A DNA stretch of 64,000 nucleotides from Rubrobacterales bacterium (GTDB lineage: Bacteria; Actinomycetota; Rubrobacteria; Rubrobacterales; Rubrobacteraceae), in the NCBI GenBank assembly GCA_038198445.1, contig JBBPZZ010000107.1, forward strand, positions 2,399 to 66,398, written 5' to 3'. The notes under the pieces were generated by a model. That model did no database searches. It saw only the letters and a program-made list of their open reading frames with translations, and was not told the DNA's origin. The position numbers were made by a program, and so were the translations under genes. This document shows positions 18,762 to 27,902 of the stretch, piece after piece. Each line of letters begins with the position of its first letter. Within the stretch, counting starts at the first letter, position 1.

Positions 18762-19979
18762 CTAGCGGTTGCGAACCGCTGTCCGGTAGCGGACGACGAG
18801 CATCGGAGCGGACCAAATCACCGCAGAGACTCCGACCAGGCAGACACCTGGTACGAGGAACGGTGCGCCGAACCCGAGAGACGAGGCCAGAAGACCACCC
18901 GTTAGCGGGCCTATGGCGTTGCCTACCGAGGTCGCCGTCCCCGCGACTCCGAAAGCCGCGCCCTGGCGGTTGTGATGCACGGACTCCCGGATCGCGAGGT
19001 TGGCGACCGGTACGGCAACGCCGAGGAACAGGCTCGCCAGGACGCGCAGAGCCCAGAGCTCGCCAACGGAGACGACTTCCGCCTGCGGAAGTGCCGAGAG
19101 ACCGGCGAGCAACAGGCTCCACACGATGACCCGCCGCGCCCCGAACTTCGCGGCCAGCCGTCCACCGAGCATGGAGCCAAGAGAAGCCGCGAGAGCGCCG
19201 GTGGCAATGATCCAACCGGCGAGCGTCGCCACCCGGCCCGGCTCCTCCATCAGCGCCGAGATGAATCCGGGCAGCGCCGGGGCGACGCTCATGATCGCAA
19301 GCTGCACCACGAATAGCGCCAGCAGACTCGGCGCCAGCTTCCGCATCGGGAGCGGCCCGGACTCCTCCACTGAATCCTCTCCCTCTTTAGCCACGGCGGT
19401 CCGCTCCTCCTTGACCCAGAACAGTATCAAGCCGGACGACATCGCGAGCAACGCCCCCGTCACCGCGAAAGACACGCGGATGCCTACCAGGTCCGCGAAC
19501 AAGCCACCGAAGAACGGCCCCGCGGCGGCGGCCAGGAAGATCACCATCTGCAATGTCCCGAGCCTCGCGCCCGCCCTCTCCGTCGGAGCGGTAGCCGCCA
19601 CCAGCACCGTCGCCGCCGCAACCGTCCCTGTCAGACACCCCTGCAAAGTCTTCAGCGCAAGAAGCTGCCACGGGCTCGTCACCAGGCCCATCAGACCGAT
19701 CACCACGGACCCGGCGATGGTCGCCCGCAGGAGCATCGGCTTCAGCCCAACCCGATCCCCGAGACGCCCCCAAAGCGGCGCCGTGAGCCCCATCGTCACG
19801 GCCGTAGAGCTATTGATAACCCCAGCCCAAGCCGCTGCGTGCCCCGCATCGGATACACCAAGATCCTGCACATAGAGCGGCGTAAACGGCAGCACGAAAG
19901 TGAACCCCATCGTCGCCGCAAGCTGCGATACCAGCAGCACGATGAACGACAACCGCCCATCAGTCCGCAAAGACTTCAT
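18762..19979 (-). CDS. MFS transporter
   Basis: About 12 TM segments. I take the start as the ATG at 19979 (MKSLRTDGRLSF...). The maximal ORF (TTG at 20084) adds 35 non-MFS residues with low GC3. Confidence 0.8.
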   Translation of the reverse strand: MKSLRTDGRLSFIVLLVSQLAATMGFTFVLPFTPLYVQDLGVSDAGHAAAWAGVINSSTAVTMGLTAPLWGRLGDRVGLKPMLLRATIAGSVVIGLMGLVTSPWQLLALKTLQGCLTGTVAAATVLVAATAPTERAGARLGTLQMVIFLAAAAGPFFGGLFADLVGIRVSFAVTGALLAMSSGLILFWVKEERTAVAKEGEDSVEESGPLPMRKLAPSLLALFVVQLAIMSVAPALPGFISALMEEPGRVATLAGWIIATGALAASLGSMLGGRLAAKFGARRVIVWSLLLAGLSALPQAEVVSVGELWALRVLASLFLGVAVPVANLAIRESVHHNRQGAAFGVAGTATSVGNAIGPLTGGLLASSLGFGAPFLVPGVCLVGVSAVIWSAPMLVVRYRTAVRNR

Positions 19980-20110
19980 CGGCGGCCCACAGATGTTTTC
20001 TCGAAATCGTCCGCCCTGGGGACAGACGGCAATACAATCAGATGTAGCGTAACTCTCCTTCCCGGATTCTCCGGGGCTCACCAACTCTGTCGAAGACCAC
20101 CAATAAAGAT

Positions 20111-20127
20111 GCGGCCTCTTGGGCCGC
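20111..20127 (-). terminator. short GC hairpin followed by AUCUUUAUU on the minus strand
   Basis: gcggcc-(loop)-ggccgc. It lies 212 nt downstream of the LarA-like stop and upstream of the MFS gene. Confidence 0.3.
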
Positions 20128-20339
20128 GGAACTCCGGGTAAGGTTCTGGGCGTTGAACGTTGTCGCCAGTGCGCCTCTCAAAGCTGCTCAATTAAAATCT
20201 CGCTCCAGATACTCTTACCAAAACCTTCGTAACCGAGTGTAGCAAAGCCTCCGCAATAAAATCGGTTTTTGTAACGAGCTATAAGCACTTCGTGGTGAAA
20301 GGGATCACGCCACCTACGGTCCGCCAAAGCCAAACGCTA

Positions 20340-21917
20340 TCAGCTCACCTCGCACATGAAGAGCGGTGGGATGTGCATGTAGGTCTTGCTCGGGTTCGGC
20401 CCCACGATGTCCTGCGCTATCTGGAGGGCTTCGGCTACGGTATCTGCGCGTTTGTAGCCCATGCGTTTGGTGGTTACCGGGGCGCCGCCGACGAAGATTA
20501 CGGCTCCCAGGTGATCTAACGCGTGGGCGCCCCACTGCCAGGTCGTGAAGGGGTGGAAGCCGTGGTAAGCGTAAGAGCTTCGGTACAGGGTCCGGTACCA
20601 GGGGTCTTCGGCGTACTTGTCCTGGAACAGCCTCTCCGCTTCGGCGGGGTCCGTGGTCTCCGCGAGCACTTCGTTGAAGAATGGTTCGTAGCTCGGGTGG
20701 TGAACCCCATCGAACTCATAAGGGACGGGGTGGGTCGCTATTAGGACCCCGCCCTTCCGAACGAGCGGCTTGCCCTTGTAGAGGTTGAAGAGGTATCCGA
20801 GGACCATGTTGTGGACGAGGATGGGGTTCATTATAGAGTTCACGTTGTACGGCCCGATGTACGGGACGCCGAGCATGAGTACGTCGGACTGTCCCTCAAC
20901 TAGGACTAGCTGCTGGCGGTGGAGGTGACGGGTCGTCTCGGCGTGGACGGGGTCGGTGGCGCCGGCCTGTACGCTGGTCATGCTGTGCGGGGCGACGATC
21001 GACTGGAATATCTTGCGCGCGGCTTGACGGGGCATCGTGCTCGTCGCCTTGTGGTTGAAGAGGAAATTGGCCTTCGTTACAGCGTTCCACTCCTGCTCGG
21101 GCTGACCCATGAAGTTGAAGACCGCGGGAAACGTGGCATTGTTCAGGGTCGTCTCGATGTGGAAGACCTTCACGTTGGCGTCCAGGATCTCGCCCATCCG
21201 GTTCACCGAACCGTGCAGGGCGCTGTTCGGCGGGTCCATTAGAGACTTCGTGTTCCTGAGCGTGTGGGCGTTGTGGTGGTGGCGGATGGAGCTGTAGGGT
21301 GAGATGCCGGTGTGGACGGACTTGTGGCCGCCGTTCATGGCGACCAGGTTGATGTTCACGTAGACAACCAGGTCGCTCTCGGCGGCGCGGCGGCTGATTC
21401 GGACCTGTTCCCCGTGCTCGGTTTCGCCGATGACGACGTTGGACGCCTCATCTTCGGCGTCGTAGTTATACAGGCGGTCGGGATAGTAACCTGTCATGAT
21501 CTTCTTGCCCAGCGCCCAACGAAGCTCCTTCTCTGTCATCCGGCGGTGCAGCCCCAGTGCCGCGATGAGGTGGATGTCTTCCACACCCTTCGCGGCGGCT
21601 TTTTCAAGGACCTTCTCTATAACGAGCTGGCGGTTGTCCGGCGGCTTCATCGGCGGCAGCGGACACGACACGTCGTCGAAGACAATGGTCAGCTTCATGC
21701 CGGGCTTCAGAAGCTCGTGCAGGGGTTCCATGCCCATCGGTTCCAGCAGCGCCCGCTCGATGGCGACGTTCGGATCGGTGAGCGGCTCAACGGGACCGGG
21801 AGGATATATGACGCGCGTCCCCTCCGGCAGCTTCTCGTAGTGGAAGCCGTCGCCCGCGTTGAACATCATCGGCGGGCTGTCTTTTTCGAGTATAGTCGTG
21901 AAGCCCGGACGGCTCAT
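20340..21917 (-). CDS. LarA-like (DUF2088, nickel-pincer-dependent racemase/epimerase superfamily) protein
   Basis: About 525 aa; the ATG at 21917 has a GGGAGG SD. Motifs ALGLHRRMTEKE and NGGHKSVHTG...IRHHH resemble the LarA G-x-HR and GGxK...H signatures. The assignment rests on motif recall. Confidence 0.65.
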   Translation of the reverse strand: MSRPGFTTILEKDSPPMMFNAGDGFHYEKLPEGTRVIYPPGPVEPLTDPNVAIERALLEPMGMEPLHELLKPGMKLTIVFDDVSCPLPPMKPPDNRQLVIEKVLEKAAAKGVEDIHLIAALGLHRRMTEKELRWALGKKIMTGYYPDRLYNYDAEDEASNVVIGETEHGEQVRISRRAAESDLVVYVNINLVAMNGGHKSVHTGISPYSSIRHHHNAHTLRNTKSLMDPPNSALHGSVNRMGEILDANVKVFHIETTLNNATFPAVFNFMGQPEQEWNAVTKANFLFNHKATSTMPRQAARKIFQSIVAPHSMTSVQAGATDPVHAETTRHLHRQQLVLVEGQSDVLMLGVPYIGPYNVNSIMNPILVHNMVLGYLFNLYKGKPLVRKGGVLIATHPVPYEFDGVHHPSYEPFFNEVLAETTDPAEAERLFQDKYAEDPWYRTLYRSSYAYHGFHPFTTWQWGAHALDHLGAVIFVGGAPVTTKRMGYKRADTVAEALQIAQDIVGPNPSKTYMHIPPLFMCEVS

Positions 21918-22159
21918 CTGCTCTTCCTCCCGTGGGGTCAATAAATCAGCTTCGGATACTTTACTCGATCGGCCGATGATTGACCCGCGCGGGAGCTGCT
22001 AAAGATACCATCCCGCATACCGCTGCCGCATAGCTTCGAGAGATGCCGCAGCTCGTCACCTACCGAGCCGCCCAAACTTCCAGGAAAGCCCGCTACGCCT
22101 CCAAGAGGACAGACCGTAAAGACCGCCAGAAGGCCACCGAAGCCTGACTGCTGAAACCG

Positions 22160-23368
22160 TCAAGAACGCATGTCGAAGGCGACCTTTAAGTGTCCCTCGC
22201 GCCCGGCGCTCCGGGCGGCGGCGATAGCTTCGCGGTACCCCTCCAGACCAAATAGTGGGCCGACCATCGTCTGTAACCGTATCTCCGGCGCGATACGCAG
22301 CGCCAGGTCGAAGCTGCTCACACGCTCGCCTTCGTAATCCTCGATTCCATAGGCGTAAGTCCCGGCGAGGGCGACCTCCTTGTACCACAGCGCCGTGAGG
22401 TCCAGGCTGCTCTTAGCCCCCGGCATCCCCACGAGCGCGACCTCGCCGCCGGGGCGGGCCAGCCGCAGCGCGTCCTCCATCGTCCCCGGAGAACCCACGC
22501 ACTCGAAGACCTTCTCCGCCCCGCCCATCACGACCGGCTTCCCAAGCTCCGGCTTATGTACCTCGGTACCCAGCAACGCCGGCAGTTTCGTATAGGTCTC
22601 TTTCGGATGCATCACCTCGTCGGCCCCGAGCCGGAGCGCCTCCCGACGCTGCCGCTCGTGCTTGGCGACGCAGATGATACGGCCCGCCCCGGTCAGCCGC
22701 CGGAGCGCCGCGACCGTGAAGAGCCCGACACTCCCCGCCCCGATAACGAGCGTCGTATCATCCGGGCCGGGATCTACTTTCAGAGCGGCGTGGACGGCGC
22801 AGGCGAGCGGCTCGATAGCCACGGCGGCCTCGTCGGAGACGTGGTCCGGGACCCGGTGGAGCTGCGTTGGATGGGCGACGAGCGTCCGCCGCGACCAACC
22901 GCCGCCCGTATCGCGGCAGAAGCCAGTCTGGATGCCGGGGGAGACGTCGCCCTTGGTGACGTTCACGCACAGCGCGTGGCGTCCCGAAGCGCAGAACCCG
23001 CACGGCGGTTCGATGCCGCGCACGGCGCAGCCCAGGGCCGGCTCCAGCACGACCCGCTCCCCGGCGTGGAAGCTGGAATTGTCATCCGTCACGATGCCGA
23101 CCACCTCGTGACCCATAACAAAGGGCGGGGAGGTGATCGGTGAGAAATACGGTGAGTTCTCCGAGGAGAGCGTGCCGAGGTCAGATCCGCAGATGCCGGA
23201 GAGCAGCGGCCTAACCCGCACCCAGTCCGGGGTCGGCAGCGCGGGCTCCGGCGCTTTTTCTAACTGGAGTGGAGCGAAGCGGCCGGTTTCGAGGTTCTTG
23301 ATGCGTTTCGAGCCCGCTCGCATGAGGAGGTAGCGCGGGATGGACTTGCGGTAGCGGAGGGCGAGCAT
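22160..23368 (-). CDS. zinc-dependent medium-chain dehydrogenase/reductase (alcohol/polyol dehydrogenase-like)
   Basis: 402 aa with GICGSDL and GHEVVGIV catalytic-Zn motifs. Has a CGFCASGRHALC structural-Zn lobe and a VIGAGSVGL Rossmann loop. The ATG lies 1 nt after the upstream stop. Confidence 0.85.
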   Translation of the reverse strand: MLALRYRKSIPRYLLMRAGSKRIKNLETGRFAPLQLEKAPEPALPTPDWVRVRPLLSGICGSDLGTLSSENSPYFSPITSPPFVMGHEVVGIVTDDNSSFHAGERVVLEPALGCAVRGIEPPCGFCASGRHALCVNVTKGDVSPGIQTGFCRDTGGGWSRRTLVAHPTQLHRVPDHVSDEAAVAIEPLACAVHAALKVDPGPDDTTLVIGAGSVGLFTVAALRRLTGAGRIICVAKHERQRREALRLGADEVMHPKETYTKLPALLGTEVHKPELGKPVVMGGAEKVFECVGSPGTMEDALRLARPGGEVALVGMPGAKSSLDLTALWYKEVALAGTYAYGIEDYEGERVSSFDLALRIAPEIRLQTMVGPLFGLEGYREAIAAARSAGREGHLKVAFDMRS

Positions 23369-23369
23369 A

Positions 23370-25655
23370 CTAGACTTTCTTGGTGGCGCCGTTCTTGCCC
23401 CAGGTCTGGATCTCCCAACCTCGCTCCTTCGCCTCGGACTCTAATCTACGATCAGGGTTGACGGCGACGGGGTTCCCGACGGCCTCCATCATCGGCAGGT
23501 CTGAGATGGAGTCGGCATAGGCGTAGGAACGTGAGAGGTCCAGGTTCCTCCGGCGGGCGAATGAGGCGAGCATCCTGGCGCGCGCGTCGCCCGCGACCGG
23601 GGCGCCCGACAGCTCTCCCGTGTAGACGCCGTTCTCCTGGGCGAGTGTGGCGCAGAGCACGTCGTCCACCATGTCCTTCATCGGCTCCAGTAGGAAATCC
23701 AGAGCGCCGGAGAGGAGGACGACGTGGTGTCCGGCCTCCTTGTGCTCGCGCAGGCGGGCGAGGGCGGCGGGGTAGATGCGGTCCAGGGTGAACCCGGCGA
23801 AGGATTCGTGGCCGAGGTGGCGAGCGCGGGAGGGTTTCCAGCCGGCGTAGTTCTTGTAGAAGGCGCGGTTGAAGTGGGCGCGGCTGATCTTGTCCAGTCC
23901 CCAGTAGTACGGGATTTTGGTCAGGAACGCCGCGAGCCACAGGGGACGCGCCGCGCGCGGCAACTCCTGCATCCTCAGCCACGCGTAGTAGGAGACGACG
24001 TTCGAGCCGACGAGCGTCCCGTCAACGTCGAAGATCGCCGCTACCTCTCCCGGCTTCTCGTCCGTCACCTTCTTCCGCTTCTTCCGGTTCGGGCGGGTCG
24101 TGAGAGCCGGAAGGTGCGTCTCCTGGAGCCACTTCCTCCAATCCAACTCCGTAATGTCGAAGGGGAATTCTTCGCGGTCCTCCTCCGGCAGCCGCTCGTA
24201 CAGCCCGAACGTCCGCCGCGCCGAGAACGTGGACTCCATGCTCCCGTAGGCACCGTAGATGCGACTGAAATACAGGCTCATGCGGGCGCGTTTCTCGGCC
24301 CGCGCTATCCGCTGCCGAGCGTCGGAGGCCATGTGTCCCTCCGGCATCCAGGCGGCTAGTTTGCCCGCTACCTTGAGCCCCGCCAACTCTACCTTCAGTC
24401 CGTTCTCCACCCTCTTGCGGCCGGGGAAGCTCCACTCCGGCACCGGCGTCGGACGCCCGCCGGAGTCGCGCAGCGGATGCTCGACGAAGTAGCCCCGCAC
24501 GAAATCGTAGAAGTCCCGGTATCGGATGGGGTTACGCTCCCCGGAGGCGACCTGGAAGACTTCTGGGTCCTCGGGGCGCAACACCCCGGCGGCGAGGATG
24601 GCGTTTACCACGTGGTCCACGGGCACGATGTCCACCAGGCTCTCGGGATCGCCCGGGAACTCGCGCAAGATGCCCTTCGCGAACGCCATTATTATGGGAT
24701 CTGCCATACGGGAACCCTGGATCCAACCAGGATAAGGCTCCCGGAAGCTGCTCTCGATGATCGCCGGCCGCAATATGACGAGCGGCGTCTCGCCCCTCTC
24801 CCGCAAGACCATCCGCTCCGCGAGCGATTTCGTAAAGGTGTAGACGTCGTTCCATCCCAATTCTCGTGCCCGCTCCGTCCCCCGCTCTACGAGGCGTTCT
24901 CGCATCCAGGCCCGCCGGAGTTGGTCTATCCTACCGGCGACCTCCTCCTCCTCACCGACCATCCCCAGCTCTCTGTGCGCCTCCGTCTCGAAGCGGCGCA
25001 AAAGTCCCCGCTCGTGAGACGCCCGCTCCACCTCCGCGACGACCGCATCGAGACTCAAGACCTCATCGCGCGGGTCGAGCGACGTCCCGTTCGGAGTGAT
25101 GTCCCCCGGCGCCTCCTCCGGCACGAGCCCCTTTTGCGTCCCGGCAACGTAAGAGGTCGAGATGTGCATGAAGAGCGGACTCTTCTCCCATCCGCGAGCG
25201 AGCTTCAATAGCCCCAGCGTCCCCCGCACGTTCGAATCGACGGCGGCGTCCAGCGGGGCGTCGAAGACCACCGAGGCGGCGGAGTGGATGACGATGTCCA
25301 CCTCGCGCGAAAGCTCCAAGAGGTCCTCGTCCCCGAGCCCGAGAGACGCAGCGTGTACGTCCCCTTCGAGGATACGCACCTTCTCGGAGACGTGCTCCTC
25401 GAAGCCGTCGCCGAGCTTCTCGCGAAGCCCCCGGAATGCGGCGGAGCCGAGTACGTCTTTCTCGAAACGTTCCGTGGCGCTCTTCTCGCGGGAAGGCCGA
25501 ACGAGGAGGTAGAGCTGCCCGAGTTCGGGGAGGCTGCGAAGGATCTTCTCGACCAGCGCCGTGCCCAGGAAGCCCGTCCCCCCGGTGAGCAGTATGGTTT
25601 TCCCATTATAAGCCTCGCGGAGCACTCTACGAAGCCCTCCCTGTTCGCTGTCCAA
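23370..25655 (-). CDS. fusion protein: N-terminal fatty acyl-CoA/ACP reductase (extended SDR) plus C-terminal HAD-IB phosphatase-like domain
   Basis: 761 aa. The N-terminus has LLTGGTGFLGTAL and YTFTK (YxxxK). The last ~228 aa have the HAD motif FDVDGTL and SISDLPMM. The start is TTG at 25655 or GTG at 25625, overlapping or abutting the plsY stop. Confidence 0.75.
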   Translation of the reverse strand: MDSEQGGLRRVLREAYNGKTILLTGGTGFLGTALVEKILRSLPELGQLYLLVRPSREKSATERFEKDVLGSAAFRGLREKLGDGFEEHVSEKVRILEGDVHAASLGLGDEDLLELSREVDIVIHSAASVVFDAPLDAAVDSNVRGTLGLLKLARGWEKSPLFMHISTSYVAGTQKGLVPEEAPGDITPNGTSLDPRDEVLSLDAVVAEVERASHERGLLRRFETEAHRELGMVGEEEEVAGRIDQLRRAWMRERLVERGTERARELGWNDVYTFTKSLAERMVLRERGETPLVILRPAIIESSFREPYPGWIQGSRMADPIIMAFAKGILREFPGDPESLVDIVPVDHVVNAILAAGVLRPEDPEVFQVASGERNPIRYRDFYDFVRGYFVEHPLRDSGGRPTPVPEWSFPGRKRVENGLKVELAGLKVAGKLAAWMPEGHMASDARQRIARAEKRARMSLYFSRIYGAYGSMESTFSARRTFGLYERLPEEDREEFPFDITELDWRKWLQETHLPALTTRPNRKKRKKVTDEKPGEVAAIFDVDGTLVGSNVVSYYAWLRMQELPRAARPLWLAAFLTKIPYYWGLDKISRAHFNRAFYKNYAGWKPSRARHLGHESFAGFTLDRIYPAALARLREHKEAGHHVVLLSGALDFLLEPMKDMVDDVLCATLAQENGVYTGELSGAPVAGDARARMLASFARRRNLDLSRSYAYADSISDLPMMEAVGNPVAVNPDRRLESEAKERGWEIQTWGKNGATKKV

Positions 25656-26226
25656 CCTTCCGTTCCGTACCCCTCAAGAGCGCCCGCGCGTTCTCCCGGT
25701 GCCGCCACAGCACCAGAGCGCCCCCGATTATCGTGTAGAGCACGTAAGGCAGCGGCTGTCCCGTCAGGATGAACACGAACGGACTAACGACCATCACCGC
25801 GATGGCGCCCAGAGAAGTGTAGCGGCTCACGAGGACCACAGCCCACCAGAACGCGAAGAGACCAAGTCCCACGACCAGCGCGAGCCCGATGCTCGTCCCG
25901 GCTCCGGTGGCGACCGCCTTCCCGCCTTTGAAGCGCAGGAAGACCGGCCAGCAGTGTCCCACTACGGCGGCGAGCGCGACCACGGCATGCAACCACAGGT
26001 TATCCGAGAGCGCCCGAGCCAGGACCACGGGGATCAAACCTTTAAGCATGTCCCCGATGAGCGTCGCGACAGCCGCCCACTTGCCCGCCGCCCGCAGCAC
26101 GTTCGCCGTCCCGATGTTCCCGGAACCGACTTTCCGCACGTCCACGCCCGCGGCCCGTCCGACCAGATACCCGGTCGGAACGGAACCCAGCAAGTATCCG
26201 AAGAAGATAAGAAGGACCGCTGACAT
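25627..26226 (-). CDS. plsY: acyl-phosphate:glycerol-3-phosphate acyltransferase
   Basis: 199 aa from the ATG at 26226. Carries the PlsY motifs GSVPTGYL and GSGNIGTANVLR. The upstream part of the 257-aa ORF is not PlsY-like. Confidence 0.9.
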   Translation of the reverse strand: MSAVLLIFFGYLLGSVPTGYLVGRAAGVDVRKVGSGNIGTANVLRAAGKWAAVATLIGDMLKGLIPVVLARALSDNLWLHAVVALAAVVGHCWPVFLRFKGGKAVATGAGTSIGLALVVGLGLFAFWWAVVLVSRYTSLGAIAVMVVSPFVFILTGQPLPYVLYTIIGGALVLWRHRENARALLRGTERKVGQRTGRAS

Positions 26227-26413
26227 GGCCGAGAGTATAGCGGAACAGATAGATTTTGGCCCGCCCGCCGGGTCCATATCCGGTACGCCGCGCCAGGTGA
26301 GCAAACGGTGCTCCACCGGCCCTAGACTTTCTGGAAAATGCGCGCTTATACCACTCTTTGCTATCCTTACTCCAGTAGCTATTGTCGATGGATTTCGCAC
26401 GGGAGGCCCGGCG

Positions 26414-26770
26414 ATGAAGCGTGTATTGCTCGTAGAAGATCACTCCGCCTTCGCGAAATCTCTGGCGCTCGTTCTGGAGAGGATGAGCGACATGAAGGTC
26501 ACCGCCCTTGCCGGTACCGTCGCGGAAGGCAGGGAACTAATCTCCGGCAACGAACCGTTCGACCTCGCGGTCCTGGACATAATGCTGCCGGATGGCGAAG
26601 GGATAGAGTTGATCCCCGCGCTCAAAGAACGCCGCCCCGGTATGCCGGTCGCGGTGTTGAGCGCCCAGAGCGACCTGAACGTAGCCCTGGAAGCGGGCGC
26701 GGATCAGGCAATAAACAAGGATTCTTCCCTCCCGGAGATCGTCTCTTCTCTCAACCAGCTTTTCGTCTAG
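26414..26770 (+). CDS. stand-alone response-regulator receiver domain (CheY-like)
   Basis: 118 aa with a GGGAGG SD. Has the acidic pocket LLVEDH, phospho-acceptor context VLDIMLPDG, and a conserved Ser and Lys (LSAQ, INKD). There is no output domain. Confidence 0.85.
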   Translation: MKRVLLVEDHSAFAKSLALVLERMSDMKVTALAGTVAEGRELISGNEPFDLAVLDIMLPDGEGIELIPALKERRPGMPVAVLSAQSDLNVALEAGADQAINKDSSLPEIVSSLNQLFV

Positions 26771-26772
26771 TA

Positions 26773-26988
26773 ATGTTAGGATGGGAAATACTGATCGGGA
26801 CAATCAGGAGCCGTTTGGAGCTTGAGGAGCGGGTGGAGAGTACGTTGCGGGAGGATCGGAACCGGCTCCGGTCGGAGTTGGAACTGGGATGGGAGCGTGT
26901 GGAGAAGTACACGCTGATGTTGTCGTGCGGTTTTCAGTGCAGAGAGCAAAGAACTAGTTTCTGTCTCACCAAAACAGGTGATCCCTGA
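26773..26988 (+). CDS. hypothetical 71-aa charged/coiled-coil-like ORF
   Basis: The ATG lies 2 nt after the receiver-domain stop, with no clear SD. The ORF has intermediate GC and I recognise no family, so it may be non-coding. Confidence 0.25.
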   Translation: MLGWEILIGTIRSRLELEERVESTLREDRNRLRSELELGWERVEKYTLMLSCGFQCREQRTSFCLTKTGDP

Positions 26989-27023
26989 GAACGAACATAA
27001 GAAGCCATCTGAGGAGCGGGTAT

Positions 27024-27902
27024 TTGAGTAAACCAATTTTAGACGTGCTGTTTGATTATCAACTCCGAGCGTTCGCTACTAATTACGCGGATGCTTCTCG
27101 CGAAGTGTTCTCTGATCCATTATCAGGAAAACTCTTGCATCCAGGGGAGTTTGGTGGGTTGCGGGAAAGTCTTGTAAGGAACCTACTGAAAAACTTTCTG
27201 CCTGAAAGCTTCGGTATCTCGGAAGGGTTCATCATAGCCCCAAACGGCGATATAAGTGCTCAGTGTGATGTAGTTGTTTACTCTCGACAACACTGTCCTA
27301 TCATTCAGACTGCCGAGCGGCAACGCTTCTTTCCGGTAGAAGCAGTTGTAGCAGTTGGGGAAGTGAAATCGAATGCTGATAGCAGAGATCTACGAGATGC
27401 TCTAGAGAAGATTGTAAATATAAAGAAGATGAGGGCAGAACTAACCAATGGTTCAATAGCCCGCAGCACCTTTAAGGATGTCGGTGTTTACCGACCGCGT
27501 GACCTTCTTCTAGATCAACTTGGCACATTCGTCATCGCCGAAAGCTTTTCTTGTACGGAGGCTACAGTGGCGAAACTAGTTAAGGAGACGGCGAAAGGTA
27601 AACACCCTACCTTCCAAGTCAATATGATAGTAAGCATAAACGAGTACTGTGCGCTATACCGAGATAAACAAAATCTGATCTGGATGTTTCCCGTTGATGT
27701 GGACCGTGCTAGTAATGAGATTATTCCAGTGCCTCTGCCGTTATTGTTCGCCAAGAAGAACTCAGATCGACCGCAGCATTTAAAGCTCTTCTTGAGGCAC
27801 TTGGCACTTATCACCGAGCGTGCGACGATTTTGCACACTGACTTCCTTAATTACTTCGGAAACTTGCCAGAACTGACTTACATAACTGAGTCAGATTTGT
27901 AG
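27024..27902 (+). CDS. PD-(D/E)xK nuclease-fold protein (DUF6602-like by recall) with an uncharacterised C-terminal half
   Basis: 292 aa with a TTG start 7 nt after a GAGGAG SD. Motif SAQCD82VVVY ... VGE113VK115S fits D...ExK. Codon usage is AT-rich. Confidence 0.65.
   Translation: MSKPILDVLFDYQLRAFATNYADASREVFSDPLSGKLLHPGEFGGLRESLVRNLLKNFLPESFGISEGFIIAPNGDISAQCDVVVYSRQHCPIIQTAERQRFFPVEAVVAVGEVKSNADSRDLRDALEKIVNIKKMRAELTNGSIARSTFKDVGVYRPRDLLLDQLGTFVIAESFSCTEATVAKLVKETAKGKHPTFQVNMIVSINEYCALYRDKQNLIWMFPVDVDRASNEIIPVPLPLLFAKKNSDRPQHLKLFLRHLALITERATILHTDFLNYFGNLPELTYITESDL

Noticed and set aside
19980-20084. 35-codon N-terminal extension of the MFS gene (TTG 20084), and a possible riboswitch in the same 5' region
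   Set aside because: The extension has low GC3 (19/35) and is not MFS-like. The only structure seen is a 6-bp hairpin (CCCGGA-ttc-TCCGGG at 20061-20075). I recognised no riboswitch consensus.
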